Shown here: positions 37,997-51,248 of the stretch, in pieces
How positions within the stretch are numbered: the stretch's first letter is position 1
How the letters are laid out: each line of letters begins with the position of its first letter
Source of the DNA: the human T2T-CHM13v2.0 reference genome, Homo sapiens
Length of the DNA: 64,000 nucleotides
NCBI RefSeq assembly: GCF_009914755.1
Contig: NC_060926.1
Reading direction: 5' to 3' (one strand)
The notes under the pieces: model-generated
Told to the model about the DNA's origin: nothing
Seen by the model: only the letters and a program-made list of their open reading frames with translations
Database searches by the model: none
Made by a program: the position numbers and the translations under genes

Positions 37997-38889
37997 TAGT
38001 CTATATTCATCTCTGTTATATTAATTTGCATAGTTTATTCATTTTCTCCATTGATCTTTGAAATCATTCCCTGTAATGCCTGTCACAGTGCCTAGCAGAA
38101 AATATTTCACAGATATGTAGAATTGCATTTCTGAAGAGAATTTTGTGAAGTTTAATATTTAATGGAAAATTAGAACATAATCAAGAACCTTAATTAGAGA
38201 CATAGTCTTTCACAGTAAATGTAAAAGCAGCTATTAAAATTATCCAATAATGACTTATCTCATCATGACACTAATTGAGGGGAAGACCATGGCATAACCG
38301 ACCTAATCCTACACCAAACTACCACAAATCCTTTTGGAATTAATAACAGTCATAACCCTTGTCATAGGTGAAAATGCAGCACTCTTAAGAGAACAGTAAC
38401 ATAACAATTGTAATGGTCTGTAATTTATAACATGATTTGTAAAATGCAGGCATTTTGTGATGGTTTCCATGGCTACATGGATAGAGAGAAGAGTGAAATT
38501 ACAGGTGAAAATAAGCTATGACTGAACTGTAAAAAGTATAAAGAGTGACTCTGAGAATGAGGGGGAAATGTTTTAAAAAGTGAAGTGTTACGATTGAAGC
38601 CACATAATAAAACATGTGGTTGTTATTACAACTTGACAGTGTTGTGAGTAACAGGGAAATACTATCAGATAAAGTAAAAAGAAATGAGTTACTTAAAGCA
38701 AGTGAAAGATAAGTCTACAATTCATAGAAAGCAATCAGAGCTAGATACTCAGCAGCACTCCTGAGGGAAAGGCAAGCTTCCCTACTTTCAAGATTCCACC
38801 AAAGCACCCAGATTCTGGTACCACTGTCCCTCTCAACTGTTCTAAAGAATTAACTCTGCAAGTAACTTCAACTCTGCAAGAGTTGAAGA

Positions 38890-40878
38890 GAAACAAAGAT
38901 AAAAACAGAATTTAATAAAATAGAAAAAAAACCCAGTCAAGAAAAAGATAAGCCAAAAGTTGGTTCTTTGAAAGGACTAACATCTAGTAAAATTTTAAAA
39001 AGAGAAAAAGCAGGAATATCAGGAATGAGCAAGAAGGTATTATTTAAGAGCCAAAAAAAAAACCAGCAAAGAGATCTTAATAAAGCATTTGAAGGACTTG
39101 TGCCAAACAATAGAAAACCTAGATGAATTGGACAAATTTTGGAATAACAAAACCTGCCAAAACTGACAGAAGAAAAAATTTAAAAATTGAGTAGTCTTTT
39201 ATTTATTAAGGGAATTAAGTCCTTAATTAATCCTTCCAAAAAAAATACTTCAAGTCCCAATGATTTCAGTGGAGAATTTTTTAAACGACTGAAAGAAAAA
39301 TAGCAATTGAATATAAAGTCTTCCCAAGAATGAAAAACAAAACAAATATTAGAACATAATTCTATGAAGCCAGTATAACTGGTATCCAAACCTGAAAAAT
39401 GTGTTAGAAGAAAGAAGAATTATAGGACAATCTCTCTAATCAATATAAGTGAAAAAAAATTAAATATTATATTAACAAATAAGAAACTATGAACCAAAAG
39501 GTCATGGTCTCAGGACATTGTCAGCCAGACATACAACACTTCTCTCTTAACCCAAGCTGGAGATCACATGATTCTTCATTGAAAAAAGCACAAAATATTT
39601 TTCCAAGATCTTAATATTTCCACACAAAAAGGCTGGCTTAATAACATAATTATACAGTAAAATCCATCAGCAGATAAGCTCTGCTATGCCAAAACTTCCA
39701 TATAATTTTTCTATATAACTTTAAATTTAAATGAACAAGAAAAGAATCATTACATAGAGGAGGAAAAAATCATTAAGGAAGTAGAGAAAAAACAAATAAA
39801 GAGAAATAAGGGAGAACAGAAAATGCAGGGATCGGAACAAAACTTGTTAAGGAGCTACAATTAATATTCTTGAGGAAAAAACAGAATGCTGTGTATGAAA
39901 CAATAATATGCTATACAAAAAGGAGAAATAGTAAAGAATTTGAATGCTAAAAATATGGCAATTAAAATTTAAAAATTAATAGGAAGTTTGGAAAAGTCCG
40001 GAAAATAACAATATAAGACAAAAAGATAAAAGAAAAAGAAAATTAGAAATTTAAAGTATTAACACAGAAAGCTCAATATCTAATTAACAATACTTATAAT
40101 AAGTTAAATTACTAATAAGTTCTTTGTTATTCAATAAGACAAAGAGTAGAAAGCAGGGAATTATGTCGGGAAACAACAGGAAAAAAAATCTCCTAGATAA
40201 ATTGCTCAGTATAATAAAGGAAAAGTTTTTTAAATCTAGAGCAAGACTTGTAATCATGGAAATGCAGAGCACAAAGGATAAAGGAAAAATATTAAGGAAT
40301 TAGACAAAATAACTTAGCTCTCTTTTACTCTTTCTTAGAAAATCTACTGGAGGACGTGCTTCAAAAAAATGAATATGTAAATGATTTAAAAAGAAAGATA
40401 TGGGATCCTGTAAATGTAGATGAAGGAGAAGCCCTAGAGTGATAAACATGACCCACGCCTTGAAAACAAACAGCTGGTCCAACATTAGGCTATTTGTGGA
40501 TGGGAAAAGGAAATAAATCATGTGATACATTTGGCCTTGTAGGAAATAATAGTGAAGGATTACAGATCTCTGTGTTGATTTGAGAAGAATTTAAAAAATA
40601 AATGACAAGGTTAGGCAACTGTTAATTCTTAAAAAACTAGAAGTTGTATAAGAAAGTAAATTTAATTATAATGTGCTACTTGACTAAACTATGAACAATA
40701 TGTTACTAGTTGTCATACTATATACTCTAATTCAGGATTCTAATACAGCAATTTTTGGAGGGGAAAAGTAATTAGGCACATGGGATAGGCAAGAACTATG
40801 ATGTGAGAATTAAATGTTCCTGAATCATAGCCACCAGTCAATAATAATGTCTGAAACATAGAAATAAATAAATAGCAA
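38890..40878 (+). mobile_element. Old L1M fragments (approximate bounds)
   Basis: AGCCAAAAGTTGGTTCTTTGAAAG, AACCTAGATGAATTGGACAAATT, TTCTATGAAGCCAGTATAAC. Confidence 0.7.
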
Positions 40879-41305
40879 TGGTGCAGGTAGGGTTCCCTGG
40901 AAAGCCAACTGTAATACAGAAATTAACTTGTAGCTTATTAAAGAATGTTTTTGGGCTCAAATTTATGGACAGGAAGGAGAGGAAACACATTTGAGCAAAA
41001 GGAAAAATTGATCAGCAACACAATTTCAATCTAATGCCTCACCTAATTCTGCTCTGAAGATGAGATGTGCATTCAGAGTAGTTTGGAGTAGCAGGTTCTT
41101 TGGAACAGTCCTGAAGATTAGGAAGAGAATAAGGGCTTTATACCTCTCACCACTGCTGATATTAGTGGAGATAACTTTTAAATGAGGCAATTTCTGGAAA
41201 ACAGTGGTGCCTGAGGGCTGTCTGCCAGTGACACACCCAGCGTGTGGGTAATAAGTCCTACAATAACGAAGGGGGAGTCTGCACAGTGCATCGCAGTATC
41301 CACCC
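40879..41305 (-). mobile_element. LTR16-family ERVL LTR (approximate bounds)
   Basis: GCAGGTAGGGTTCCCTGGAAAGC is the antisense LTR16 3' end. Ends near GCATCGCAGTATCCAC. Confidence 0.55.
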
Positions 41306-41324
41306 CAGCAGTATAAGTGTATTA

Positions 41325-43932
41325 CAGGCAGACCTCACTTAATTGCACTTCACTTTGTTGGGCTTTTCAGATATTGCAGTTTCTTTACAAATTTAGTTGG
41401 AGGCAACTTTTTCAAGCAAGTCTATAGGTGCCATTTTCCAACAGCATGGACTCACTTCTTATCTCTGTGTCACATTTAGGAAATTCTCACAATATTTCAA
41501 ACTTTTTCATATTATTATATCTGTTATGGTAATCTTTGATCAGTGATCTTTGATGTTATTATTATAATTGTTTTGGGGTGACACAAAGCACACCCATATA
41601 AGAAAGCCAATGGAATCAGTAAATGTTGTGTGTGTTTTGACTGCTCCACCAACCAGACATTTCCCCATCTCTTTTTCTCTTCTCAGGCCACCCTATTTCC
41701 TGAGAAACAACTGTATTGACATTAGGCTAATTAATAACCCTAAAATGGCCTGTATGTGTTCAAGTGAATGGAAGAATCTCACATTTCTCACTTTAAATCA
41801 GAAGCCAGAATGATTAAACCTAGTGAGGAAGGCATGTCAAAAGCCAAGACAGGCTGACAGCTAGGCCTTTTGTGACAAATAGGACAAATAGCCAAGTTGC
41901 AAAAGCAAAGGAAAAGTTTTTGAAGGATATTAAAAGTGCCAGTCCAGTTAACACACAGATGATAAGAAAGCAAAACAGCCGTACTGCTGATATGATGAAA
42001 TGTTCATGGCCTGGATAGATCAAACCAATCACAACCTTCCCCAAAGCCAAAGCCTACTCCAGAGCAAGACCCCAACTCTTTTTAATTCTATGAAGGCTGA
42101 GAATGATGAGGAAGCTGCAGAAGAAAAGTTGAAAGCTAATAGAGGTTGGCTCATAAGAGTTAAGGAAAGAGGTCACCTCCATAACATAAAAATGCAAGGT
42201 GAAGGAGCAAGTGCTGATGTAGAAGCTGCAGCAAATTGTCTAGAAGACCTCACTAAGATCATTGATGAAGATGGCTGCACTAAACAACAGATGTTTAATG
42301 TAGATGAAACAGCTCTGTATTGAAGGAAGATTTCGTAGACTTTCACAGTTGGAGAGAAGTCAATGTCTGATTTCAAAGCTTCAAAGGACAGGCTGACTTT
42401 CTTACTAGGAGCTAATGCAGCTAGAGACTTTAAGTTGAAGACATTGCTCATTTACCATTCCAAAAACCCTGGGGGCCGTAAGAATTATGCTAAATCAACT
42501 CTGCCTGTGCTCTATAAGTAGAAAAAAAGCCTGAATGATAGCACATCTGTTTACAGCAGAGGTGTCCAATCTTTTGGCTGCCCTGGGCCACATTGCAAGA
42601 ATTGTCTTGGGCCACACATAAAATACACTAACACTAACAACAGATGATGACTTAAAAAAAATCTCATAAAGTTTTTAAAAAATCTATGAATTTGTGTTGT
42701 GCTACATTCAAAGCCATCCTGGGCTACATGCAGCCCATGGGGTCGTGGGTTGGACAAGTTTGGTTTACAGCATAGTTTACTGAATATTTTAAGCCCACTG
42801 TTGAGACCTACTACTCAGAAATAAAAAGATTCCTTCCAAAATATTACTGCTCATTGACAATGCACCTGGTCACCCAAGTGCTCTGCTGCAGAAGTACAAA
42901 GAGATTAACATTGTTTTCATGCCTGCTAAAACATTATCCATTCTGCAGCCCATGGATAAAACAATAATTTCAACTTTCAAGTCTTTTTGTTTAAGAAATA
43001 CATTTCCTTAGACAATAGCTGCCACAGGTAGTTATTCCTCTGATGAATATGGGCAAAGTAAATTGAAAACCTTCTGGAAAGAATTCACCATTCTGGATTC
43101 CATTAAGAACATTCATTCATGGAAGGAGTTCAAAATAACATTAACAGGAGTTTAGAAGAAGTTGATTCCAACCCTCATGTATTACTGTGCAGAGTTCAAG
43201 ACTTCAGTAGAGGAAGTCACTGTAGATGTGGTGGAAATAGCAAGAGAACTATAATTAGAAGTGGACCCTGAAGATGTGATTAAATTGCTGCAATCTCATG
43301 ATAAAACTTGAATGAATGACGACTTGTTTCTTATGAAAATCCTTTCTTGAGATGAAAAATATTCCTAATGAACATGCTGTAAACATTGTTGAAATGACAA
43401 CAGAATATTTAGGATATCACATAAATTTAGTTGATAAAGCAGTGGCAGGGTCTAAGAGGACTGACTCTAATTTTGAAAGTACTACTGTGTGAAAAATGCT
43501 ATCAAACTGCATTGCACTCTACAGAGAAATGCTTTATGAAAGGAAGAGTCAGTTGATGTGGCAAACCTCATTGTTGTTTCCTTTTAAGAAATTGCTACAG
43601 CCACTTCAGTCTTCAGCAACCACCACCCTGATCAGTCAGCAGCCAGCAACACTGAGGCAAGGCCCTCCACCAGCAAAATGATTACCAATCACTGAAGTCT
43701 CAGTGATTGTTAGCATTTTTTTAGCAATAAAGTATTTTAATTAAGTAATGTGCATTATTTTTTAGTCATAGTGCTATTGCCCACTTAATAGCATTAAGTG
43801 TTTAAAGTATAGCATAAACATGACTTTTATATGCATTGAGAAACCACAAAGTTTGTGTGCTCACTTTATGGCAATACTTGCGTTATTGCGGTGGTCTGGA
43901 TCCAAATCCACAATATATCTGTAGTATGCCTA
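41325..43932 (+). mobile_element. Near full-length Tigger1 (pogo/TcMar) DNA transposon with decayed transposase
   Basis: TA|CAGGCAGACCTC ... GTATGCCTA|TA termini. ORF 42000-42323 encodes a pogo/CENP-B-like remnant ([19 protein letters not shown]...[12 protein letters not shown]). Stops and frameshifts elsewhere. Confidence 0.95.
42557..42762. mobile_element. MER30 hAT-Charlie MITE nested in Tigger1
   Basis: CAGAGGTGTCCAATC ... GTTGGACAAGTTTG termini. Perfect 8-bp TSD GTTTACAG (42549-42556 / 42763-42770). Confidence 0.93.
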
Positions 43933-44877
43933 TATTTGGAAATATCAAGTTAAGAAGCACTTAAAAGACCTGACCTAGACTCAGAGACCTAGTTGTCTCT
44001 GATAAGCTGGTCTTATGATGTGAGGAACGGTCAAAGAGGACTGCTATGTGTCATTTTAAACCTATTGGTTTAAGAAGCCTACTGATGGCTTTTTCTTTTT
44101 ATTTATTAGTTGACAAAGATAAAAATAATTTTTAAAACCAAGACACAAAAACTATTTAAATGTAAATCCATACATATAAGAATAAATAAAAATGAAGACT
44201 TCAAATTTCTTTGTTATGTTAATGTGGAGAGAATATTGTTAGGAATGTATGTAGGAATAAAGGTAGGGTATACGTAGATACCCAATGTTTACACATTCTA
44301 TAAAGTCATTTATTATATTTTTAATTTTAAAAGATAATGAATAAATTTTATGAATAAATCGATTAACTTGTGAAATTTGACTACTTAAAAGAACTTATTT
44401 GTTTATTAAAATAGACTCATCTACATTTGTTGTATCGAGTTGGATTTTCATATGAGACTGAAAAATATCTATCTATATCCGTCTATCTATCTGTTAACAC
44501 ACTGCTAATCATAAGACATTCTGTTGGAGTCATATATACCTCCACCTGTCTGTCTATATTATATATATAATCTGTAGCATATCACAGAAAATTAGAGATC
44601 AGATACCTCAGCACAGGAAATCCATTTTATTTTTGCTAACATCAAGCAGTAAAATACCTCTCTGAAAAAAGCCATTACCAAAAACTCTCACTTTACTACT
44701 TAGCAAATTTTTATTCAGCTATCAAGATCCAATATAAAAGCCACTTTCTTTCCAAAGCATTCATGTACATTCCTCTCTCCTCTACCCAGATGTAATCTCT
44801 GTCACATTCATAATAAGTAGAGTATATGCTTATATTCAAAGCGTCTAAAACTTGCTTGATACACAAAATGTTAGAGG

Positions 44878-45210
44878 TGTTTCTTAAAATTATAGATTCT
44901 CCATCTCCTGCCCTAGAGTATCTGAATTAGTGCCTCTGGTGTTACGACTACCAATATGTATTTTAAGACATTTCCAAGCTGATATGTTATAATCAGGCAA
45001 ATTTTGTAAACATTGCTCAAGTATAAAAAGCAAATGCTTTGAAAGATGAGAGATTGTAGGTCTAATCACAGCTACACTCACTAGCTACATGGCACCAAAC
45101 AAACATCCTCAACCTCTCAGTTTTCTCCTCTGTAAAATGGAGATAAACCTAATTTCATTAGTCAAATAATATAATATTAGGACCTAGCACAGTTACCAGC
45201 ACTAAATAGT
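44878..45210. mobile_element. MER5-like MITE (~44878-45018) followed by MIR (~45020-45210, +)
   Basis: TATGTATTTTAAGACATTTCCAAGCTGAT...TTTGTAAACATTGCT, then MIR core CTCAGTTTTCTCCTCTGTAAAATGGAGATAA. Confidence 0.65.
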
Positions 45211-46599
45211 CTCATCTTTCTTTTTAATCCCCTCTGACTCATTAAAGCACACACCATCTTGCATTATACTCAGTTATTTATAACTGTATTTATTGGTGCC
45301 ACAAGGACAGGCACCACATTTTTTATCTTACCTACCGGGTACTGTGGTAGGTACATAAAACACTTTACCATGTACCAGGTACATGGTTGGCGCACAAAAA
45401 CTATTTACAAAATAAATTAATTTAAGACGACCTCCTAATCCCAAATTTCAGTTCTTTCCCCCGATTTATTCCCTTATCTAATCTCTTCCACTTCTTCCCA
45501 CTCTCAACAGATTGTATGTAACAAAGTATATTCCTGATAATAAAAAAGATGAAATAATACACTTGAAATATAAATAAAAATTAAATTGGTGATTAGAAAT
45601 AGAAGAAAATGCAATTAAAACTTAAAGGGATGAAAGGAGTTTGAAATGATTCTCCATATTTTTCCTGTGCCATAAAAATGTATGGATTTCATTGTTTTAA
45701 TATGCCATATTTCTGAGAAACACAGTGTACTTAGGTTCCTAGAACAGAAATGATCATTAGTATGAGTCTAATTTAGTTCCCTGCTAAAGGTGATAAAGGC
45801 AGCTCATTTATTCTTCCTAGTAAAGAAGTCCTTTTATTGTTTCAAAGTCTTCTCATGATCTTAAAGGTGCAGCCAAATGATGGGATTCAGTGATGACATC
45901 GGGGCAGGCAAAATTAGACTATTTTTCAAATATCATGTAATCCATTTTGGGGGAAAAATTATATTTTTTAGCAAAGTAAAAATGAACTGGTTCATTATTT
46001 ATTATTAGCAGCTGATGGATGTAGGAGGATTACTTGGCAGCTAGATTTTTAATATCTAAAGATGAAAATTAAGCATTTTTATAATAATGATGTGCTTGTA
46101 AAAATGTATTTTCATAACCACCTTTCATTAGAAGTATTGTTATCTCTGGAGGCTGTTGAAGGAAAAGATCACGGAGAACAAGACTGCAGCCTCACACTCA
46201 GAAAGAGCAGCACCCAAATACTGTTGCTGTCATTTCTGCAGAACCTCACTGATAAGTCATTTTCCCTGGTACTTCCTCTTGGATTTGGAAGTTGCTCAGC
46301 AAAATAGTTAATTGCTAAATGTCAGAGTAGCTTGCATGTATCTGAAGCACAATCTCACCATTTAACTTAGAATTTGAACAAGTATTTAGTACCCTTCCAA
46401 TCTGCTGTTACTTATGAAATAAAGATACTAATATCAATGTCATAGGATTAGTTTGAGAAGGAAGTTAGATAATGAACTTACAGCATGTCAATGTCTGGTT
46501 ATTGTCATTAATGTTAGAGTGGACTAGGGAATTCATAAATCAACATTTAGATTTCTGATGGGCATTTCCGGTTGTCCATACTTCCACGTACAAAACTCT

Positions 46600-46800
46600 T
46601 AGGTACTACTTTGTATTTTCCAAGCTCTGTAATAAATTATTTTATATTTACTTTTCACAACCAAGCCATGAGATACATTATCTCCACAATATAAGGGAAA
46701 AAACTGAACCCTAGAGAGGTGAAATATTCTGTCCTGAGGCAGCAGCTTGTAAGTGGCAAGCTGGGATTTGCACTCAGTCTGCGCTAGAGGATTTTTTCTA
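46600..46800 (-). mobile_element. MIR SINE
   Basis: AAACTGAACCCTAGAGAGGTGAAAT...GCTTGTAAGTGGCAAGCTGGGATTTGCACTCAG. Confidence 0.7.
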
Positions 46801-48214
46801 AACTACAACATTCACTGCACCTTGCTTAGTACAACCTGACCAAGAGCAGGAAGAACCACCAACATCAACTAAATTTATACCAATTTAAAGTTCGAGAAAA
46901 GAAAATCATACTGAGATGAAATAACTTCCACAAAGCTTCAAAGAAAAACTGCATCAAAGGCTTGCTTAAACTCTGATGTATCAGTGCCTTGGGTTTTTTG
47001 CACTTTCTTGCAAAGTTTGCCCTTGATTTACAAGTAAGAAATGGGAACTAACTACTCTAAAAACTCATGTCATAAGTAGCTGGCTGAACTTAAGGAGATT
47101 TTCTTTCATTTGTTTTTCCTTTTCCTGAAACAAATATGCTAATAGCAATAATTTTCTAAGTACCTTAAAATATATATTTTTTAGTTTCCCAGCAGAGTGC
47201 CGTTGGAACTGAGGATTTTACCTCAAAAATTATGTCTAATTATGATTATGAGTAAATGTTATTTCATGACTCTGAGAATTTTATTTCTTTGCTTTGACTT
47301 CTTCGAGAACTATAGACATTTTCCTTATTACTTTACAGATAACCAAATGAGAACAGCAAGGTTAGGGGACTTGATGAAACAGTTGAATATAAAAATACTA
47401 CCAACTGTGACATTTCTGTACCTGAAAAGGGATGACAAACATTAATCCCTGTGCCTTGGTTGTAGACCTTCATGTGTGTCTAAGAGACATTTCGAATTAT
47501 CTGTTCAATCTGTTTTCAAAGAATTATCTTTGCTTATGATATTTTAGCTCACAATAAAATGTAGATTTTTTATTAATTGATCAAGAAGCTCAACCAAACA
47601 AATAAGAAAAACATTCATATTTCACTTGTACAATTACAAGTGTACTTAAATGCTTAAATACAATAAATATTTCAGCAACAATAAAAACAATAGAAAACTG
47701 AGAATGGAATATTTCCCAGTAAGAATGCCAGAGCTAACCCAGGATGTCCACTGGTAGATATGGCAAACATAAGCCTTGAGAACGATAAGATTAAAAGGTA
47801 TTTTTAAAAGCTATTAAATCATTCACTCAGTATTCAAACACACTCAGTACTCAAACACATTAAAATAGGATTCAGGTTTAATTCCTCCTCTTCTTTCAAA
47901 ATTGGATTCCATCCTATAAACTCTATCTTAAAAGAATATATTTTCCTTTTTATTTCCTTTCAGTTGTCAAGACCTTAAATTCAGACATTTCACATAATTC
48001 CTCAATGTTGGAATACTCTCCAAATTGATTCATGGCTTCCATTTCTTACCAGCATTAATCACATTATTACTTTTTGAACGTATCACTGACTTAATTAAAA
48101 AGCTTCACTATTTAAGAACACTGTTCTCCTCCTTGTATTCAACTTCCTTCATAAATATTTCCAACCTGCCTTTTTTTAACCTTATCTTCACTACTCATTT
48201 AATTTTACTCTATC

Positions 48215-49146
48215 CAGTCAGCCCTTCATTTCTCTGGGTTCCACATCCATGGATTCAATCCACAGCAGATCAAACATATTTTTTAAATGGATGATTGCAC
48301 AATGAGATACCACATCACATCAGTCAGAATAGCTATTACTAAAAAGTCAGAAAACAACAGATGCTGACATGGCTGCAGGGGGAAAGGAACGCTTACACAC
48401 TGTTGGTGGGAACATAAATTACTTCACCCATTGTGGAAAGCAGTTTTCAGGTTTCTCAAAGACCTTAAAACAGAACTACCATTTAACCCAGCAACCCCAT
48501 TACTAGGTAAACATCCAAAACAAAATATATCATTCTTCCAAAAAGACACAGGCACTTGTATGTTTATCTCAGCACTGTTTACATTAGCAAAGACATGGAA
48601 TCAACCTAGGTGCCCATCAGTGGTGGACTGAACAAAGAAAATGTAGTACATATACTCCATGGAATACTATGCAGCCATAAAAAAATGAAACCATGTCCTT
48701 TGCAGCGATGTGGATGGAGCTGGAGGCTATCATCCTAGGCGAATTAATGCAGGAACCGAAAATCAAATATTGCATGTTCTCAGTTATAAGTGGGAGCTAA
48801 ACACTGGGCACTCATGAGCATAAAAATGGCAAGAACAGATACCAGGGACTACTACAGGAAGGAGACAGGGAGATGGGCAAGGGTTTAAAAACTATTCCAT
48901 ACTATGCTCACTATCTGGATGACAAGATCATTGATACCACAAACCTCACCGTCATGCAACATATTCATGTAAAAAACCTGCACATGTATCCTTAAATCAA
49001 AAATATAAGTTGAAAATATATTTTTTTAAAAAATGAATGGATGTAATGAATGTGTACACTTTTTCTTGTCATTATTCTCTAAAAATTACAATATAAAACT
49101 ATTTACATAGCATTTACATTGTATTAAGTATTATAAGTAACCCAGC
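48215..49146. mobile_element. MER2 (Tigger-derived) fragment split by an L1 insertion
   Basis: Left part GGGTTCCACATCCATGGATTCAA (48215-48297). Right part TTTTCTTGTCATTATTC...TATTTACATAGCATTTACATTGTATTAAGTATTATAAGTAA (49034-49146). Confidence 0.85.
48298..49033 (+). mobile_element. 5'-truncated L1PA15/16- or L1PB-like 3' end
   Basis: ORF 48431-48631 resembles the ORF2p C-terminus (WKAVFRFLKDLKTELPFNPA...KTWNQPRCPS). 3' UTR ends AACCTGCACATGTATCC...AAGTTGAAAA. Confidence 0.9.
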
Positions 49147-49189
49147 AATAATAATATTATTGGTTATATCACAATTAAATTTTGTTAAG

Positions 49190-50070
49190 TCTATTTTTAG
49201 TAAATCAATTTCTTTCTGTTGAAATTTTAACATTAACTGAGTCTTTTTTCTACTTTGTTTTTTATATACCTAGTAATTATCTACCCCCAAACTTTCCACA
49301 GAAATATGTGTCATCTCAGCATTGTTAAATGCATCAATCTATCTTTATTTCACCCTCAAACTTACTTGAGAGCTGTAATGATATAGAATTCTGGGTTAAA
49401 ACTTATTTTGTTGAGATACTTAAAGGCATGTGATTCTTCATCTTCTAACTTTTAGGTGTGTTCTTTATGAAGTTCAGTGACATTCTGATTGTCAGTCTAT
49501 TCTGATCCCCAATCCTTGGGAAACTTTCAGGATCCTCTTTTTTTTAATCACTCCTATCCTGATATTTCAAAAAGTTGTGCCTTGATTTGGGCCTTTTAAT
49601 TGTGGTAGGCATTTTCCATCTGTAAAATCATGTTATGTTCTGTGAAATACTCTTGCATCATTTGTTATTAAATTTACCCCCTACTTTTTTATTGTTCTTC
49701 CATTACAAAACTCTCATTTGAAAAATGTGGATCTCTAAATTAGTCTCACGTTTTTACCTTTTTATTTTCTATCTCTGCATCCTTTTATTTTTCTCTAGCT
49801 GATATACTCAACTATATCTTACAATCTATCTATTGGTTTTTAAAATTCAGTTCCTAATTTTTAACTTCTAAGGGCTCTTTCTTGCTCTAAGAATATTCTC
49901 TTTTTTTATACTGAACTACTCTTGTTTTATGGGTGTAATATCTATTCCTCTCTAAGGCTATTTAATACAGCATTTTGGATTTTTTTTCTGCTTTCTGCAT
50001 TGCCTTTGTTTTCTCTGAGTTCCTTCTCATCTTACTTTCCTCACACACCCCCTTGTTTCATGTTATCTAT
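49190..50070 (-). mobile_element. Old L1M ORF1-region fragment (approximate bounds)
   Basis: T-rich antisense L1 motifs, e.g. ATATAGAATTCTGGGTT and GAAGTTCAGTGACATTCTGATT. Confidence 0.55.
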
Positions 50071-50129
50071 TCATTAAAAGTGAAATAATAAAATCTGATT
50101 TTTATTCAGGTTTGCTAAATAAACAAAAC

Positions 50130-51215
50130 AATTTTGAGAATAACAAAATTTAGAGGCTCATGCTTCCATTTCAAAATGTATTACAAAGCTACAATCATTA
50201 AAACTGTGGTACTAGCATAAGGATAGATATATAGATCACTGCAATAGAATTGAGAGTGCAGAAATAAACCCACACATCTATAGCCAACTGATTTCAATGA
50301 GGCTGTCAAGATTATTTAATAGAGAAAGAACAGTCTCTTCAACAAATGATTCTGGGACAACAGGATATCCACATGTAAAAACTAAAGTTCAACTTCTACC
50401 TCACACCACATACAAAAAAAATTAATCCAAAATAGATAAATGACCTAAATAGAAGAGCTAAAACTATTAAACTTTTAGAAGAAAACAAAGGGGTAAATCT
50501 TCATGATATTAGTTCTTAGATTTGACACCAAAAACACAAACAAAAGAAGAAAAAAAGATAAGTGGGACCTTGAGAAAACTGAAAATTTCTGTTCAGCAAA
50601 GGATGCTATCAAGTACATAAAAAAGACAGCCAACAGAATGGGAGAAAATGTTTGTAAAAAATATATCTGATAATGGTAGTCTAGTATCAAAAATATAAAA
50701 AGGACACTTACAACGCAATAACACACAGAAAAATAATGAATTTAAAAATGATCAAAATACTTAAGTTGACATTATTCCAAAGACAATATATAAATGCCCA
50801 AAAAATACATGAAAAGATGCTCAACATCCTTTAGGTAAATCCAAGTCAAACTAATGTGATATCACCTCACACGCACTAGTATGACCATAATCAAAATACA
50901 GAAAATAGCAATTGTTGGTGATGTGGAGAAATTAAAATATTACTCAAACATAAAAAGGAATTAAGCACTGACACATACTACAGTGAGGATGAACCTCAAA
51001 AATATTATGCTAAGTGACATAAGCCAGATACAAAAGGTCATTTTATACGATTCCATTTATATGAAATATTCAGAATAGGTAAATAAATAAAGACAGAAAG
51101 CAGTTTAGTGGTTAACAGGGATTGGGTTCCACAGGTTTCATAGGTCTGCACATTTTCTACGAGGACCTTAAAATTTTGTTTTATCATTTTTTGTTAAGCT
51201 TAAAAAGTAATAAAA
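50130..51215 (+). mobile_element. L1MB-like ORF2 and 3' fragment (approximate bounds)
   Basis: TATTACAAAGCTACAATCATTAAAAC, CAGTCTCTTCAACAAATG, GATGAACCTCAAAAATATTATGCTAAGTGA. Confidence 0.8.
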
Positions 51216-51248
51216 ATATAAACATTCTGGAATATCTCAAATATCAGC

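Noticed and set aside
42000-42323. Possible domesticated TIGD-like transposase
   Set aside because: The frame is broken by stops, frameshifts and a MER30 insertion, so it is a neutral Tigger1 fossil.
47824-47859. 17-bp tandem duplication (similar ones near 38852-38880 and 61243-61273)
   Set aside because: Ordinary slippage-type micro-duplications with no further structure.
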